A stretch of 64,000 bases of DNA from Candidatus Omnitrophota bacterium (GCA_041651115.1 JBAZJY010000001.1:133165-197164); one strand, 5' to 3'; counted from the first letter of the stretch, positions 39,210-48,661 are shown. Program-made: numbers and translations. The notes: generated by a model not told the origin, from the letters alone.

Positions 39210-40415
39210 ATGGCAGATGATTGCATAGTTATAACCGGTTTAGGCATAATAGCTTCTAACGGTATTGGAAAGGCTATGTTCAGCGACGCGCTTTTTGCCG
39301 GGGTTTCCGGGATTAAGCCGATATCGCTGTTTGATACGTCATCGTTTAAGACTAAGACAGCCGGTGAGATTACAAATTTTTCCGCGCAGGATATTTTAGG
39401 CCCCAAAGGCCTGCGCACGCTTGACCGCAGCACCAAATTGGCTATGTCTGCGGCAAAGCTGGCTTTGGATGATGCCAAGCTTGAAATAAACTCAAATAAT
39501 TGTCTTCAAGCCGGGGTTAGCCTTGGCACTGCATTAGGCAGCGTAAGCAGTATCTGCGATTTTGATAAAGAAGCATTGGTAGAAGGCCCGTATTACGTTA
39601 ATCCGGCGCTTTTTCCTAATACGGTAATCAACTCTCCGGCAAGCCAGATTTCCATACGGTTTAATATTAAGGGCTTTAATTCTACGATCTCTACGGGTTT
39701 TTGCGCCGGGCTTGATGCGCTGCGTTATGGCGCGGATATGCTGCGGTCAGGCAAGGCAGAGATTGTTCTTGCCGGAGGCGTAGAAGAGCTTTGTGTCCAG
39801 TCTTATCTTGGGCTTTATAAGACCGGTTGCCTTTCCGGATCAAAAGAAGGCAGCCTTGAATTGTGCTGTCCGTTTGATAAACGAAGGAACGGAATAGTTT
39901 TTGGCGAGGCATCTGCGGTTTTAGTATTGGAGAACCGGGAGTCAGCCTTAAGCCGCGGAGCAAAGATCTACGCCAGGATCGCAGGCAGCGCTATGGGGTT
40001 TGGCAAGCTTAAGCGGTCAATGCAGCTTGCAATAGACAACGCAGGTTTAAGGCCGGATAACATTGATTGCATTTATTGCGCGGCAAATTCCAGCGTTTTC
40101 GTTGACCGGATGGAAAATGAAGCGATAAAAGAAGTGTTTGCCGATAGCGCAAAAAGCGTAAGCATCAGCGCGGTCAAGTCAATGACCGGAGAATGCTACA
40201 GCGCAGGCGCGGCAGTCCAGGCAATTGCTGCTGTGCTGGCAATAGAAAGGCAAACTATATCTCCGACGATAAATTATCAGGAAAAAGATGACAGCTGCGG
40301 CCTTGATTATGTTCCCAATTCCAGCCGCAGCCGGCAGGTGAAGAATGTATTAATAAGCGCGCTTGATCCAAGCGGCGGAAATTCTGCTTTGGTGATTTCC
40401 CGGCTTAACGATTAG
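39210..40415 (+). CDS. beta-ketoacyl-ACP synthase-like protein lacking both catalytic histidines (Cys-Ala-Glu instead of Cys-His-His)
   Basis: thiolase fold; active-site Cys in STGFCAG retained; the INAHGTST block reads IYCAANSS and the KSMTGH block reads KSMTGE. Confidence 0.7.
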   Translation: MADDCIVITGLGIIASNGIGKAMFSDALFAGVSGIKPISLFDTSSFKTKTAGEITNFSAQDILGPKGLRTLDRSTKLAMSAAKLALDDAKLEINSNNCLQAGVSLGTALGSVSSICDFDKEALVEGPYYVNPALFPNTVINSPASQISIRFNIKGFNSTISTGFCAGLDALRYGADMLRSGKAEIVLAGGVEELCVQSYLGLYKTGCLSGSKEGSLELCCPFDKRRNGIVFGEASAVLVLENRESALSRGAKIYARIAGSAMGFGKLKRSMQLAIDNAGLRPDNIDCIYCAANSSVFVDRMENEAIKEVFADSAKSVSISAVKSMTGECYSAGAAVQAIAAVLAIERQTISPTINYQEKDDSCGLDYVPNSSRSRQVKNVLISALDPSGGNSALVISRLND

Positions 40416-40422
40416 GAGCAGC

Positions 40423-41169
40423 ATGTTATTGAAAGATAAAGCAGCAATAGTTACCGGCGCAGCAAGGGGTATTGGCAGGGCAATTGCTTTGGAATTGGCA
40501 AAAGAAGGCTGCGATGTGGCATTTACCTATCTTAAAAGCTCCAAAGAAGCGCAAGAGTTGTGCGCGGAGATAGAAAAAACCGGAAGAAAAGCGCTGGCTT
40601 TGCAGATTGACGTCAGAGATTTTGATAAATCCAAAGAAATGGTGGAAAAGGCAAAACAAGAATTCGGCAGGCTTGATATATTGGTCAATAATGCCGGGGT
40701 TACGCGCGATAAGGCCCTGATGATGATGACCAAAGACGACTGGCAGGAAGTAATTGATACTAATCTTACCGGCACTTTTAATGCCAGCAGAAACGCGATA
40801 ATTACTTTTCTGAAACAGAAAAGCGGCAGCATCGTGAATGTCAGTTCTGTAAGCGGAGTTGCCGGCTTGAGCCGCCAGGTGAATTATGCCGCGTCAAAAG
40901 CCGGGATCATCGGGTTTACCAAATCACTGGCAAAGGAAGTGGCGGCTTATAATATCCGCGTTAATGCCGTTGCCCCGGGGTTCATTGAAACAGACATGCT
41001 CTCCGGATTAAAGGAAGAATATAAGGATGAACTCAAAAAAAAGGTGCCGCTGGCCAGGTTTGGCAAGCCTGAAGAGGTCGCGGCCGCAGTTAAATTTTTA
41101 CTTAGCGACGAAGCGGGTTTTATCACCGGACAAACTATAATTATAGACGGCGGATTATTTATTCAATAA
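40423..41169 (+). CDS. 3-oxoacyl-ACP reductase (SDR family, FabG paralog)
   Basis: TGAARGIG NAD(P)-binding motif, NNAG, catalytic YxxxK (YAASK). Confidence 0.8.
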   Translation: MLLKDKAAIVTGAARGIGRAIALELAKEGCDVAFTYLKSSKEAQELCAEIEKTGRKALALQIDVRDFDKSKEMVEKAKQEFGRLDILVNNAGVTRDKALMMMTKDDWQEVIDTNLTGTFNASRNAIITFLKQKSGSIVNVSSVSGVAGLSRQVNYAASKAGIIGFTKSLAKEVAAYNIRVNAVAPGFIETDMLSGLKEEYKDELKKKVPLARFGKPEEVAAAVKFLLSDEAGFITGQTIIIDGGLFIQ

Positions 41170-41186
41170 ATACCATGGAGGAAAGA

Positions 41187-41450
41187 ATGCAAGACCAACA
41201 GTTAGAAAATGAGATAAGGGATTTGATTGCCGGGATCATTGAGAAAGACCCGTCGGAGGTCACCCCTGACGCGAAATTCTTTGAGGATCTTGGCGTTGAT
41301 TCAATGATGGCGCTTGAGATTATGGCGGGGATTGAAAAGAAATACAAGATCGCCATTCCCGAAGAGAAGCTTACTCAATTGGCAACCTTGAGAGAGACGG
41401 TCAGCGTGGCAAAGGAATACCTTGCGCAAAAGGAGGCCGGTCATGCCTGA
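41187..41450 (+). CDS. acyl carrier protein (second copy)
   Basis: LGVDSMMALEI phosphopantetheine attachment site; GGAGG RBS 5 nt upstream of ATG 41187. Confidence 0.75.
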   Translation: MQDQQLENEIRDLIAGIIEKDPSEVTPDAKFFEDLGVDSMMALEIMAGIEKKYKIAIPEEKLTQLATLRETVSVAKEYLAQKEAGHA

Positions 41451-41877
41451 AATCGGTATTGAAGAAATACAGAAAACCCTGCCGCAGCGGTTTCCTTTTT
41501 TAATGATTGACCGCGTATTGGAACTTGAGCCGCGCAAAAAAGCGGTAGCGATCAAGAATGTCAGCATAAACGAGAGTTTTTTCTCCGGTCACTTTCCCGG
41601 TAAGCCGGTAATGCCCGGAGTCCTGATCATTGAGGCAATGGCGCAGACAATGATCATGCTTTTTCATGAAGAAGCTGCAGCGCCGAAGGAAAAGGCAGCG
41701 GTATATTATCTTGGTTCGGTAAAAGTGAAATTCTTAAGTCCTGTTTTTCCCGGCGACCAGTTAAAGATCACGGTTGAACCGTTAAAGATCTTATCCGGGG
41801 CAGGCATTGTCAGCGCCGTGGCAGAAGTAGCCGGAAAAGAAGTTGCCAAAGGCGAGTTAAGCTTCAGCGCAAAATAG
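41443..41877 (+). CDS. beta-hydroxyacyl-ACP dehydratase (FabZ/FabA hotdog fold) paralog
   Basis: LPQRFPFLMIDRVLE and GHFPGKPVMPGVL hotdog motifs; AAGGAGG RBS. Confidence 0.75.
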   Translation: MPEIGIEEIQKTLPQRFPFLMIDRVLELEPRKKAVAIKNVSINESFFSGHFPGKPVMPGVLIIEAMAQTMIMLFHEEAAAPKEKAAVYYLGSVKVKFLSPVFPGDQLKITVEPLKILSGAGIVSAVAEVAGKEVAKGELSFSAK

Positions 41878-41894
41878 AATCTGTATTTTTGCTC

Positions 41895-42325
41895 AGGCCT
41901 TTGCTCGCGCGCGTAAACATTTTAATAACTTTGATTTTGCGTCTACCTTGTCTTGCTTCTCGCAGCAACGCTCGCCCCGCCCAGCGTGCGGGGCTTCGCT
42001 CGTGAGTCGGCTTTCGCTCTCCCCGCCGTTGTTGGAGACAAACGGCGAGGATCCATGCCCGCTCAAGCCTCCTACGTGCTGCTCAAAGCAAGCCAAGTCA
42101 GCCGCGAAATCATAACGGTGTTTGGAGTCTTGATAGCGCGTTTGATAAATTTAAAGTTTTGTTCGTAGGCGCATTGCAAATTTTTGCCAGCTTAGTCTTA
42201 GAGATTGGTCGGCAAGGCTTTACGAGGAGCGGAAGCTCTAATGTTACGAAAGTATGCCGGGAGTGACGAAGCCTGTCCCCCGCAGGGGGATAAACCGTAG
42301 CCGACGGCAAAATGTTTGCAGCGCC
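41895..42325. repeat. about 430-nt mosaic inverted-repeat element containing a 181-nt module (41933-42113) 93% identical to 60227-60407 and a module shared with the 19.8-kb MITE-like element
   Basis: terminal inverted repeats ctcgcgcgcgtaaacatttt / aaaatgtttgcagcgccgag; GC-rich internal hairpins (ccccgcccagcgtgcgggg, ccgccgttgttggagacaaacggcgagg). Confidence 0.6.
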
Positions 42326-42388
42326 GAGAACAAAACCGTAAATTAAACTATGTGCTGTAAGGGGCAAGGCAGACGCAAATATTAATAT

Positions 42389-43603
42389 ATGAATAGACGC
42401 GTAGTGGTGACGGGGATTGGGGTAATTTCTTCTATTGGCACTGGTAAGGATGATTTCTGGAATGCTCTTATTCAGGGCAAGTCCGGTATTTCCCGGATCA
42501 GCTCTTTTGACACCTCGGCATATCCCACGCATAACGGAGGAGAGATCAGGGATTTTGACGCGCTGCGTTTTATTTCTAAAGACAGAGCTGCGGTAATGGG
42601 CAGGGCATCCTGTCTTGCGGTCAGCGCGGCAAAACTCGCGTTTGAAGATTCGGGTATCGTAGTCGCGGATATTGACCGGCAAGCCTGCGGAGTAACCATC
42701 GGCACGACAATGGGAGAATCCCAGGTCCTTGAGAAAGTAAACGAGGCATGGGTCAGGCATGGCCAGGACCGTATTCCTTCTGATATGGTAGCGCGCTGTC
42801 CCTGTAATGTGATCCCTTCCAATGTCGCGCTTGAGTTTGGCCTGGGAGGGCCTAATTTTATCATTCCCACTGCCTGCGCAGCAGGGAATTATTGCATCGG
42901 CTATGCCGTGGACTTAATCATGAGGGGAAGCGCAGAGATCATGCTTGCCGGAGGAGTAGACGCGTTTTCGCGCATTGCGTTTACGGGATTTAACCGCCTG
43001 CTTGCGGTTGCCCCGGAAAAATGCCAGCCGTTTGATAAAAACCGTAAAGGGATGATGGTTGGCGAGGCTGCAGGGATCCTGCTTCTAGAGCCACTGGAAA
43101 GCGCGTTAAAACGCAAGGCGAATATTTACGCCGAGGTTCTGGGTTATGGATTAAGCTGCGATGCGCAGCATATGACCGCGCCCCAGGCAGAAGGTATGGC
43201 AATGGCAATGTCTAATGCCCTTAAAGAGACCGGCCTTAAGCCCGAAGACATTGACTATATCAATGCCCATGGCACAGGCACGCCTGCCAATGATAAAGCA
43301 GAATGTTCGGCAATAAAACAGGTATTCGGAGAGCATTCCAAAAAAGTCTGCGTCAGTTCCACCAAATCAATGCTTGGCCATACTATGGGCGCAGCTTCCG
43401 GCATAGAGGCTGCGGCATGCTGCCTTTCCATTAAGCACGATATTATGCCCCCGACGATTAATTACGAAACCCCGGATCCGGAATGCGATATTGATTGTGT
43501 GCCGAATATTTGCCGCAGGCAGCCCGTTAATATCGCGCTCAACAATGCCTCGGCATTCGGCGGCAACAATGCTTCGGTTATCTTTGGAAAATATGGAGAA
43601 TAA
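42389..43603 (+). CDS. beta-ketoacyl-ACP synthase (KAS I/II type) with intact Cys-His-His triad
   Basis: PTACAAGNYCIG (Cys), INAHGTGTPAND (His), KSMLGHTMGAASG (His). Confidence 0.8.
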   Translation: MNRRVVVTGIGVISSIGTGKDDFWNALIQGKSGISRISSFDTSAYPTHNGGEIRDFDALRFISKDRAAVMGRASCLAVSAAKLAFEDSGIVVADIDRQACGVTIGTTMGESQVLEKVNEAWVRHGQDRIPSDMVARCPCNVIPSNVALEFGLGGPNFIIPTACAAGNYCIGYAVDLIMRGSAEIMLAGGVDAFSRIAFTGFNRLLAVAPEKCQPFDKNRKGMMVGEAAGILLLEPLESALKRKANIYAEVLGYGLSCDAQHMTAPQAEGMAMAMSNALKETGLKPEDIDYINAHGTGTPANDKAECSAIKQVFGEHSKKVCVSSTKSMLGHTMGAASGIEAAACCLSIKHDIMPPTINYETPDPECDIDCVPNICRRQPVNIALNNASAFGGNNASVIFGKYGE

Positions 43604-44426
43604 CACAATTAGGAAATACGATTTCTTTTTTAAGGGCAGTGACAAGGCTGTGCTTCTGGTCCACGGCATTACCGGCACGCCGAGTGAGATGCGTTATTTG
43701 GGCAAGTCACTTAATAAGGCGGGCTTTACCGTGCTCTGTAATACTTTGCCCCGGCACTGCGCTACATTAGGCGAGCTCAAGCAGGTTACCTGGCAGGAGA
43801 TCGTTGATGCCTGCGCCAAAGATTTGCAATCGCTGAAGCAGGAATATTCAAAAGTTTTTATTGCCGGTCTTTCCATGGGCGCCTTGATGTCCGCGCACCT
43901 GGCCTTTAAATTTCCCGATCAAGTGTCGGGGATCATTGCCCTTGCCCCGACGATATTTTATGACGGCTGGGCCCTGCATAAAGGCAAAGTTTTAATGAAG
44001 CTTACCTGGCACATCCCGTTTGTGCGTAACGCGATAGATATCAGGGAAAGCTGGCCGTATGGATTAAAAGATGAGGCGATCAGGTTCAATATTGAAAGGT
44101 TCTATAAAAACGCCGATTCTAAAGAATTTAATAATAAAGTTTTGCTATTCGGAAGCCCGTTTTTTCCGATGGCCTGCCTTTATCAGCATCATCTCTTTGC
44201 GAAAGTGGTGAAAAAAGAACTGCCTGCCATAAAAACACCCATACTTATAATGCACGCCAAAGAAGACGATATGACCAGTCCGCGTAACGCGCAATATTTA
44301 TTGGATCACATTGCCTCTGAAGATAAGGCCCTGTTTATGCTTGACGACAGTTATCATATGATCACGATTGATAAGCAAAAGGATAAAGTCGCGGAAGAGG
44401 CAACAAAATTCATAAATAGATTATGA
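43593..44426 (+). CDS. alpha/beta-fold hydrolase (esterase/thioesterase-like)
   Basis: LLVHGITGT and GLSMGA nucleophile elbow; ATG 43593 overlaps the KAS gene end by 11 nt. Confidence 0.65.
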   Translation: MENNTIRKYDFFFKGSDKAVLLVHGITGTPSEMRYLGKSLNKAGFTVLCNTLPRHCATLGELKQVTWQEIVDACAKDLQSLKQEYSKVFIAGLSMGALMSAHLAFKFPDQVSGIIALAPTIFYDGWALHKGKVLMKLTWHIPFVRNAIDIRESWPYGLKDEAIRFNIERFYKNADSKEFNNKVLLFGSPFFPMACLYQHHLFAKVVKKELPAIKTPILIMHAKEDDMTSPRNAQYLLDHIASEDKALFMLDDSYHMITIDKQKDKVAEEATKFINRL

Positions 44427-44429
44427 GGG

Positions 44430-44506
44430 TAGGGACGGTTCTCAACCCAAAGGTAAAGTGTCCCCCTTGCGGGGACAGTTTAGCTTTAAGTTAAGAACCG
44501 TCCCTA
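44430..44506. repeat. 77-nt palindromic intergenic repeat (TAGGGACGGTTCTCAAC ... GTTAAGAACCGTCCCTA with inner GTCCCC-loop-GGGGAC hairpin), copy 1
   Basis: three near-identical copies at 44430, 55781, 57399; copy 3 has its internal arms in the opposite orientation. Confidence 0.7.
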
Positions 44507-44513
44507 AATAGAT

Positions 44514-46016
44514 ATGTACGATGCGATTATTATCGGAGCGGGAATGGGAGGTTTAAGCTGCGGCCTTAAGCTGGCAGCGGCCGGAAAAAAAATCCTGTTA
44601 TTGGAAAGGCAGCCGGTTGCCGGCGGAGTAGCCACAAGTTTCAGGCGCCGGGGTTTTACCTTTGAAGCATCGCTGCATTATGTAGACGGATTGGCCAGCG
44701 GCGGAGAGATCAGGGATTTGCTGGATAAATACGGGGTAAGCCCAAAAATTGAATTTATTGAATTACAGGAATTCGGCCGGGTCATCTATCCGCAGCATGA
44801 TTACGTGGTCAAGAATGACTTTATTTCATTGGAGGCCATGCTTAAAGATATCTTTCCCGCAGAGGCAGCGGGGATAAAAAAATTCTTTTCAGACATAAAT
44901 GTTTTCTATCGGCATTTTGACGGTTTTATGGATTCTCCGATTCCTTACTGGCTGAAGATGCTTGCCTTGCCCATCCTTTATCCGCAGGTGATCAAGGCTT
45001 CCTGCCTTACCCTGGAACAATATATTACAAAAAAGATCAAAGATAAAAGATTGCGCAGTTTCCTTGCCACGATCTGGGGTTTTGTGGGAGTCGCGCCTTC
45101 CGAGCTTTCTGCATTTTATTTTTTGATTGTCTTACGGGGTTGCTGGGGAGAAAAGACAGCTTATATCAAGGGCGGGTTCAGCAAGTTATTCGGCGCTATG
45201 GCCGAGAGGATCAAGGAGTATGGCTCAGAGATAAGATTCAATATGGCAGTTACGGAGATCCTCACGGATCAGAGCCGTTGCGTAAAAGGCGTGCGTACGG
45301 ATAAAGGCGAAGAATTCCTGGCAAAAGTAATTATTTCAAATGCCAATGCCGTAGATACCCTCACCAAATTCATAGACCACGCCGCGCTTAAGCAGTCTTA
45401 CTTGCAAAAACTGTCCTTATTAAAAAAATCCATTTCTGCCGTTACGGTATATATAGGATTAGATGTCCCGTCAAAACAAATAGGCATGTCTTGTCCGGTT
45501 TTGTCGGTGAACGCAACTTATGACCATGATGAGGCATTCAGGAACTGCCTTAATAATGATCACGGTCATTGCAACCTGGCGGTGGTTGACCATTCGCAGC
45601 TTGATCCCGGGCTTGCCCCAGTAGGCAAATCCACTATTTGCGTGATGAGCTTAGCCGGTTACTCGGGCTGGGATACGTTAACAACCGAAGAATATAAGAA
45701 AAAGAAAAAAGAAGTTGCGGATAGCATTGTTGCCAATCTTGAAAAATATTTACCGGGATTGTCCAGCCATATTGAGGTCATAGAAGTGGGTACCCCCAAG
45801 ACTATGGAAAGGTTTGCTACGCTTCCGGAGGGCGCAGTTTACGGTTTCAGCCAGATAGTTGCGCAATCCAGTTTGAACCGTTTAAGTCAGGTGACTGACG
45901 TTAAGGGTTTATTTCTCGCCGGTGCCTGGACAAGGCCGGGCTGCGGAGTGCACGGCTGCCAGGTTTCCGGAACAGACGCGGCAGATCTGGCCTTGGATTT
46001 TCTTACGAAGCAATGA
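44514..46016 (+). CDS. FAD-dependent oxidoreductase of the phytoene-desaturase (CrtI-like) family
   Basis: IIGAGMGGLSCG dinucleotide-binding motif; 500 aa amine-oxidase/desaturase-type length. Confidence 0.7.
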   Translation: MYDAIIIGAGMGGLSCGLKLAAAGKKILLLERQPVAGGVATSFRRRGFTFEASLHYVDGLASGGEIRDLLDKYGVSPKIEFIELQEFGRVIYPQHDYVVKNDFISLEAMLKDIFPAEAAGIKKFFSDINVFYRHFDGFMDSPIPYWLKMLALPILYPQVIKASCLTLEQYITKKIKDKRLRSFLATIWGFVGVAPSELSAFYFLIVLRGCWGEKTAYIKGGFSKLFGAMAERIKEYGSEIRFNMAVTEILTDQSRCVKGVRTDKGEEFLAKVIISNANAVDTLTKFIDHAALKQSYLQKLSLLKKSISAVTVYIGLDVPSKQIGMSCPVLSVNATYDHDEAFRNCLNNDHGHCNLAVVDHSQLDPGLAPVGKSTICVMSLAGYSGWDTLTTEEYKKKKKEVADSIVANLEKYLPGLSSHIEVIEVGTPKTMERFATLPEGAVYGFSQIVAQSSLNRLSQVTDVKGLFLAGAWTRPGCGVHGCQVSGTDAADLALDFLTKQ

Positions 46017-46555
46017 GGATAAATACCGGCAAATATAAGGGCAGGCTGATCAAAATGCCTTCGGGTATCCGTCCTACCCAGGATAAGGTAAGAAAAGCCT
46101 TATTTGATATATTGGGCGGTGTTGAAGGCCTGAACTTTTTAGAGCTTTTTGCCGGTTCAGCCAGCGTAGGCATTGAAGCGCTTTCAAGGGGCGTGTCTAA
46201 TCTGGTAGTAGTTGAGGCAAGCCCGGCTTGCCGGCAGGCAATAAAGAATAATATGGCTGCTCTTGGGATCATAGATTACGAGCTTTGCCCCATGGAGGCA
46301 GATAAGGCAGTGGGAAAGTTTTGCAGCGCAGGGAAAAAGTTTGATATTATCTTCCTTGACCCTCCCTATTATCGGGAGATGGCAAAAAAAACCTTGCAAA
46401 TGCTGGGGGCTTATGATATATTAGCGCCCAATGGTTTTGTCATCAGCCAGCATTTTAAGAAAGATTTGCTGCCGGAAATTGCCGGCAGCCTGACACGGTT
46501 CCGGGAAGCTGTATACGGAGATACCGTGCTATCATTTTACAGGAAAGAAGGTTAG
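46013..46555 (+). CDS. rsmD: 16S rRNA (guanine966-N2)-methyltransferase RsmD
   Basis: RPTQDKVRKALFDIL N-terminus and FLDPPY motif. Confidence 0.75.
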   Translation: MRINTGKYKGRLIKMPSGIRPTQDKVRKALFDILGGVEGLNFLELFAGSASVGIEALSRGVSNLVVVEASPACRQAIKNNMAALGIIDYELCPMEADKAVGKFCSAGKKFDIIFLDPPYYREMAKKTLQMLGAYDILAPNGFVISQHFKKDLLPEIAGSLTRFREAVYGDTVLSFYRKEG

Positions 46556-46557
46556 TA

Positions 46558-47043
46558 ATGTGCCAGAAAGCAATATACCCCGGCACTTTTGATCCGGTAA
46601 CCTACGGCCATATTGATCTTATAAAACGGGCGCAAGAAGCATTTTCCGGTGTCACGGTAGCAGTTGCCAGTAACCCGCATAAGCATCCGCTTTTCAGCCT
46701 TAAGGAGAGGGTGGAGCTGATCAAAAAAGCAACTGCCGGATTAGACGGAGTAGAAATTGACAGTTTTGACGGCCTGGTAGTGGATTATGCCCGGAAAAAA
46801 GGCGCCAAGGTTTTAATCAGAGGCTTGAGGATGATTTCGGATTTTGAATACGAATTCCAGATGGCCCTGACTAACAGAAAACTGGCCCCTGACGTTGAAA
46901 CGATTTTTTTAATGCCCCATGAGTCTTACAGCTACTTGTCCTCTAAATTGCTGAAAGAAGCCGGGTCATTGGGAGCAGACTTGTCTTCTTTTGTGCCGGA
47001 TTTCGTAGAAACTGCCTTAAAGAAGAAATTGTGTAAGGCGTGA
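46558..47043 (+). CDS. coaD: phosphopantetheine adenylyltransferase
   Basis: AIYPGTFDPVTYGHIDLI (T/HxGH nucleotidyltransferase motif). Confidence 0.9.
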   Translation: MCQKAIYPGTFDPVTYGHIDLIKRAQEAFSGVTVAVASNPHKHPLFSLKERVELIKKATAGLDGVEIDSFDGLVVDYARKKGAKVLIRGLRMISDFEYEFQMALTNRKLAPDVETIFLMPHESYSYLSSKLLKEAGSLGADLSSFVPDFVETALKKKLCKA

Positions 47044-47453
47044 AAATAAAAGTACGCCAGATACCGTTCGAGGGGCTGGTTCTGGAAGAAACAATATCCC
47101 CTCAATCGCTGGACCTGGAAACTGACGAAGTCCGGTTCCGCGGTAACATAAAGATAAGGGCGGTTGTTTCAAGGATAACGAATGCGCTCGCCGTAAAGGC
47201 TGATCTTACCGCTCCTGTGCGCATGCGCTGCAGCCGCTGTTTGGCTGACGTTGACATCGAACTTAAGAAAAAACTGGAATTGAACTATCAGGTTTCCACT
47301 GCCCAGGAAACGGTTGACATTGACCAGGATATAAGAGAAGAGATCATTCTCGACTATCCGATGCATCTGCTTTGTAAACCTGATTGCAAAGGGCTTTGCC
47401 CCCGGTGCGGGGGCAGCCTTAATGAAGGAGGTTGTATCTGTGGCTCTACCTAA
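47040..47453 (+). CDS. yceD: YceD/DUF177 family protein (23S rRNA accumulation protein)
   Basis: C-terminal CxxC...CPRCG zinc-ribbon-like motif; conserved position upstream of rpmF-plsX. Confidence 0.7.
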   Translation: MKIKVRQIPFEGLVLEETISPQSLDLETDEVRFRGNIKIRAVVSRITNALAVKADLTAPVRMRCSRCLADVDIELKKKLELNYQVSTAQETVDIDQDIREEIILDYPMHLLCKPDCKGLCPRCGGSLNEGGCICGST

Positions 47454-47643
47454 AAGGCGACATTCAAAGACGCGCGGCAAGAAACGCCGTACGCATTGGA
47501 AAACTTCCAAGCCTAATCTCTCCGCTTGCCCGCAATGCAAGCAGCCTAAGCCGGCGCACAAGGTTTGCCCGGTTTGCGGTTATTATGCCGGACGGCAGGT
47601 TATGGAGATCAAGGTAAAAGAGAAGAAAAAGAAAAAACAATAA
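47440..47643 (+). CDS. rpmF: 50S ribosomal protein L32
   Basis: GTG start at 47440 after GAAGGAGG RBS gives (M)ALPKRRHSKTRG...CPVCGYY; typical L32 sequence. Confidence 0.85.
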   Translation: MALPKRRHSKTRGKKRRTHWKTSKPNLSACPQCKQPKPAHKVCPVCGYYAGRQVMEIKVKEKKKKKQ

Positions 47644-47666
47644 GCATTTGCCAACCGGAAAGAATA

Positions 47667-48650
47667 ATGAAAATAGTCATTGACGCGATGGGCGGTGATT
47701 TCGCGCCGGAGGTAGTGATCAAGGGCGCGGTAGCCGCTGTAGGGGAATACAATATTGAATTGATCCTTGTCGGTGATGAGGCAAGGATAAGATCCCTGCT
47801 GGAAAAAAATAAATACAAAGGGAATTTGATCAGCGTATATCCGGCTACGGAAGTCATTGAAATGCATGATTCCGCCGCTTCCAGCTTTCGCAAAAAGAGA
47901 AATTCTTCCATAGTTGTCGGCTTGAATTTAGTCAAAGAGGGAAAGGCCGATGCTTTTTTTAGCGCCGGTAACACCGGCGCGGTAGTCTGCGCCGCGACTT
48001 TAGGCCTGGGGCTCCTGCCCGGCATTGAACGGCCAGGTATCGGCATTGTCATGCCTACGCTAAAAGGCATATCATTCATCATTGACGTAGGCGCCAATAT
48101 TGATCCTAAGCCTACTCAAATGCTGCAGAACGCCATCATGGCCGACGTTTACATGAAGCATATATTGGGCAAGCCCAATCCCAGCGTCGGATTGCTTAAT
48201 GTAGGCGAAGAGGAGAGCAAGGGTACGGATTTTGTCAAAGAAACTCATGAATTACTTTCCCGGAGCAAGCTCAACTTTATCGGCAACGTTGAGGGCAAGG
48301 ACCTGTTTTCCGGAAAATGCGACATTATTGTTTGCGACGGTTTTGTCGGGAATGTCGCGCTTAAAGTTTCCGAAAGCCTTGCTGAAGCAATGCAGATATT
48401 TTTAAAGAAGCATCTGTTAAGTAATTTTATCGGCAAGCTTGGCGCGGTCCTTCTGGTTAATAACTTCAAAAAATTCAAGAAGGAAATGGATTATTCCGAA
48501 TACGGCGGCGCGCCTTTGCTGGGCGTAAACAGCGTGGTAATGATCGGACACGGCCGTTCCAACGCAAAGGCAATTAAAAATGCCATCCGCGCAGCCAAGG
48601 AAGAAGTAGAGCGCAAGTTCAACGAAAAGATCCTTGAAGCTATAGGCTAA
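47667..48650 (+). CDS. plsX: phosphate acyltransferase PlsX
   Basis: MKIVIDAMGGDFAPEVVIKGA N-terminus. Confidence 0.9.
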   Translation: MKIVIDAMGGDFAPEVVIKGAVAAVGEYNIELILVGDEARIRSLLEKNKYKGNLISVYPATEVIEMHDSAASSFRKKRNSSIVVGLNLVKEGKADAFFSAGNTGAVVCAATLGLGLLPGIERPGIGIVMPTLKGISFIIDVGANIDPKPTQMLQNAIMADVYMKHILGKPNPSVGLLNVGEEESKGTDFVKETHELLSRSKLNFIGNVEGKDLFSGKCDIIVCDGFVGNVALKVSESLAEAMQIFLKKHLLSNFIGKLGAVLLVNNFKKFKKEMDYSEYGGAPLLGVNSVVMIGHGRSNAKAIKNAIRAAKEEVERKFNEKILEAIG

Positions 48651-48661
48651 GGGGACAGTAA

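Noticed and set aside
41893-42096. Small ORFs conserved between the two 181-nt repeat copies (41893-42096 / 60223-60414 minus strand; 41953-42168 / 60242-60478 plus strand)
   Set aside because: Conservation is explained by 93% DNA identity of the repeat. ORFs appear in several frames and strands, the sequence is GC-rich with strong hairpins and has no RBS. I treat it as non-coding repeat.
42110-42760. 216-aa minus-strand ORF spanning the repeat element and the 5' part of the KAS gene
   Set aside because: It overlaps a well-supported + strand ketosynthase gene and a GC-rich repeat. It has no RBS and no motif. The same applies to other long antisense ORFs (6653-7237, 7485-8063, 8127-8606, 35984-36520, 47609-48097, 56990-57448 and others).
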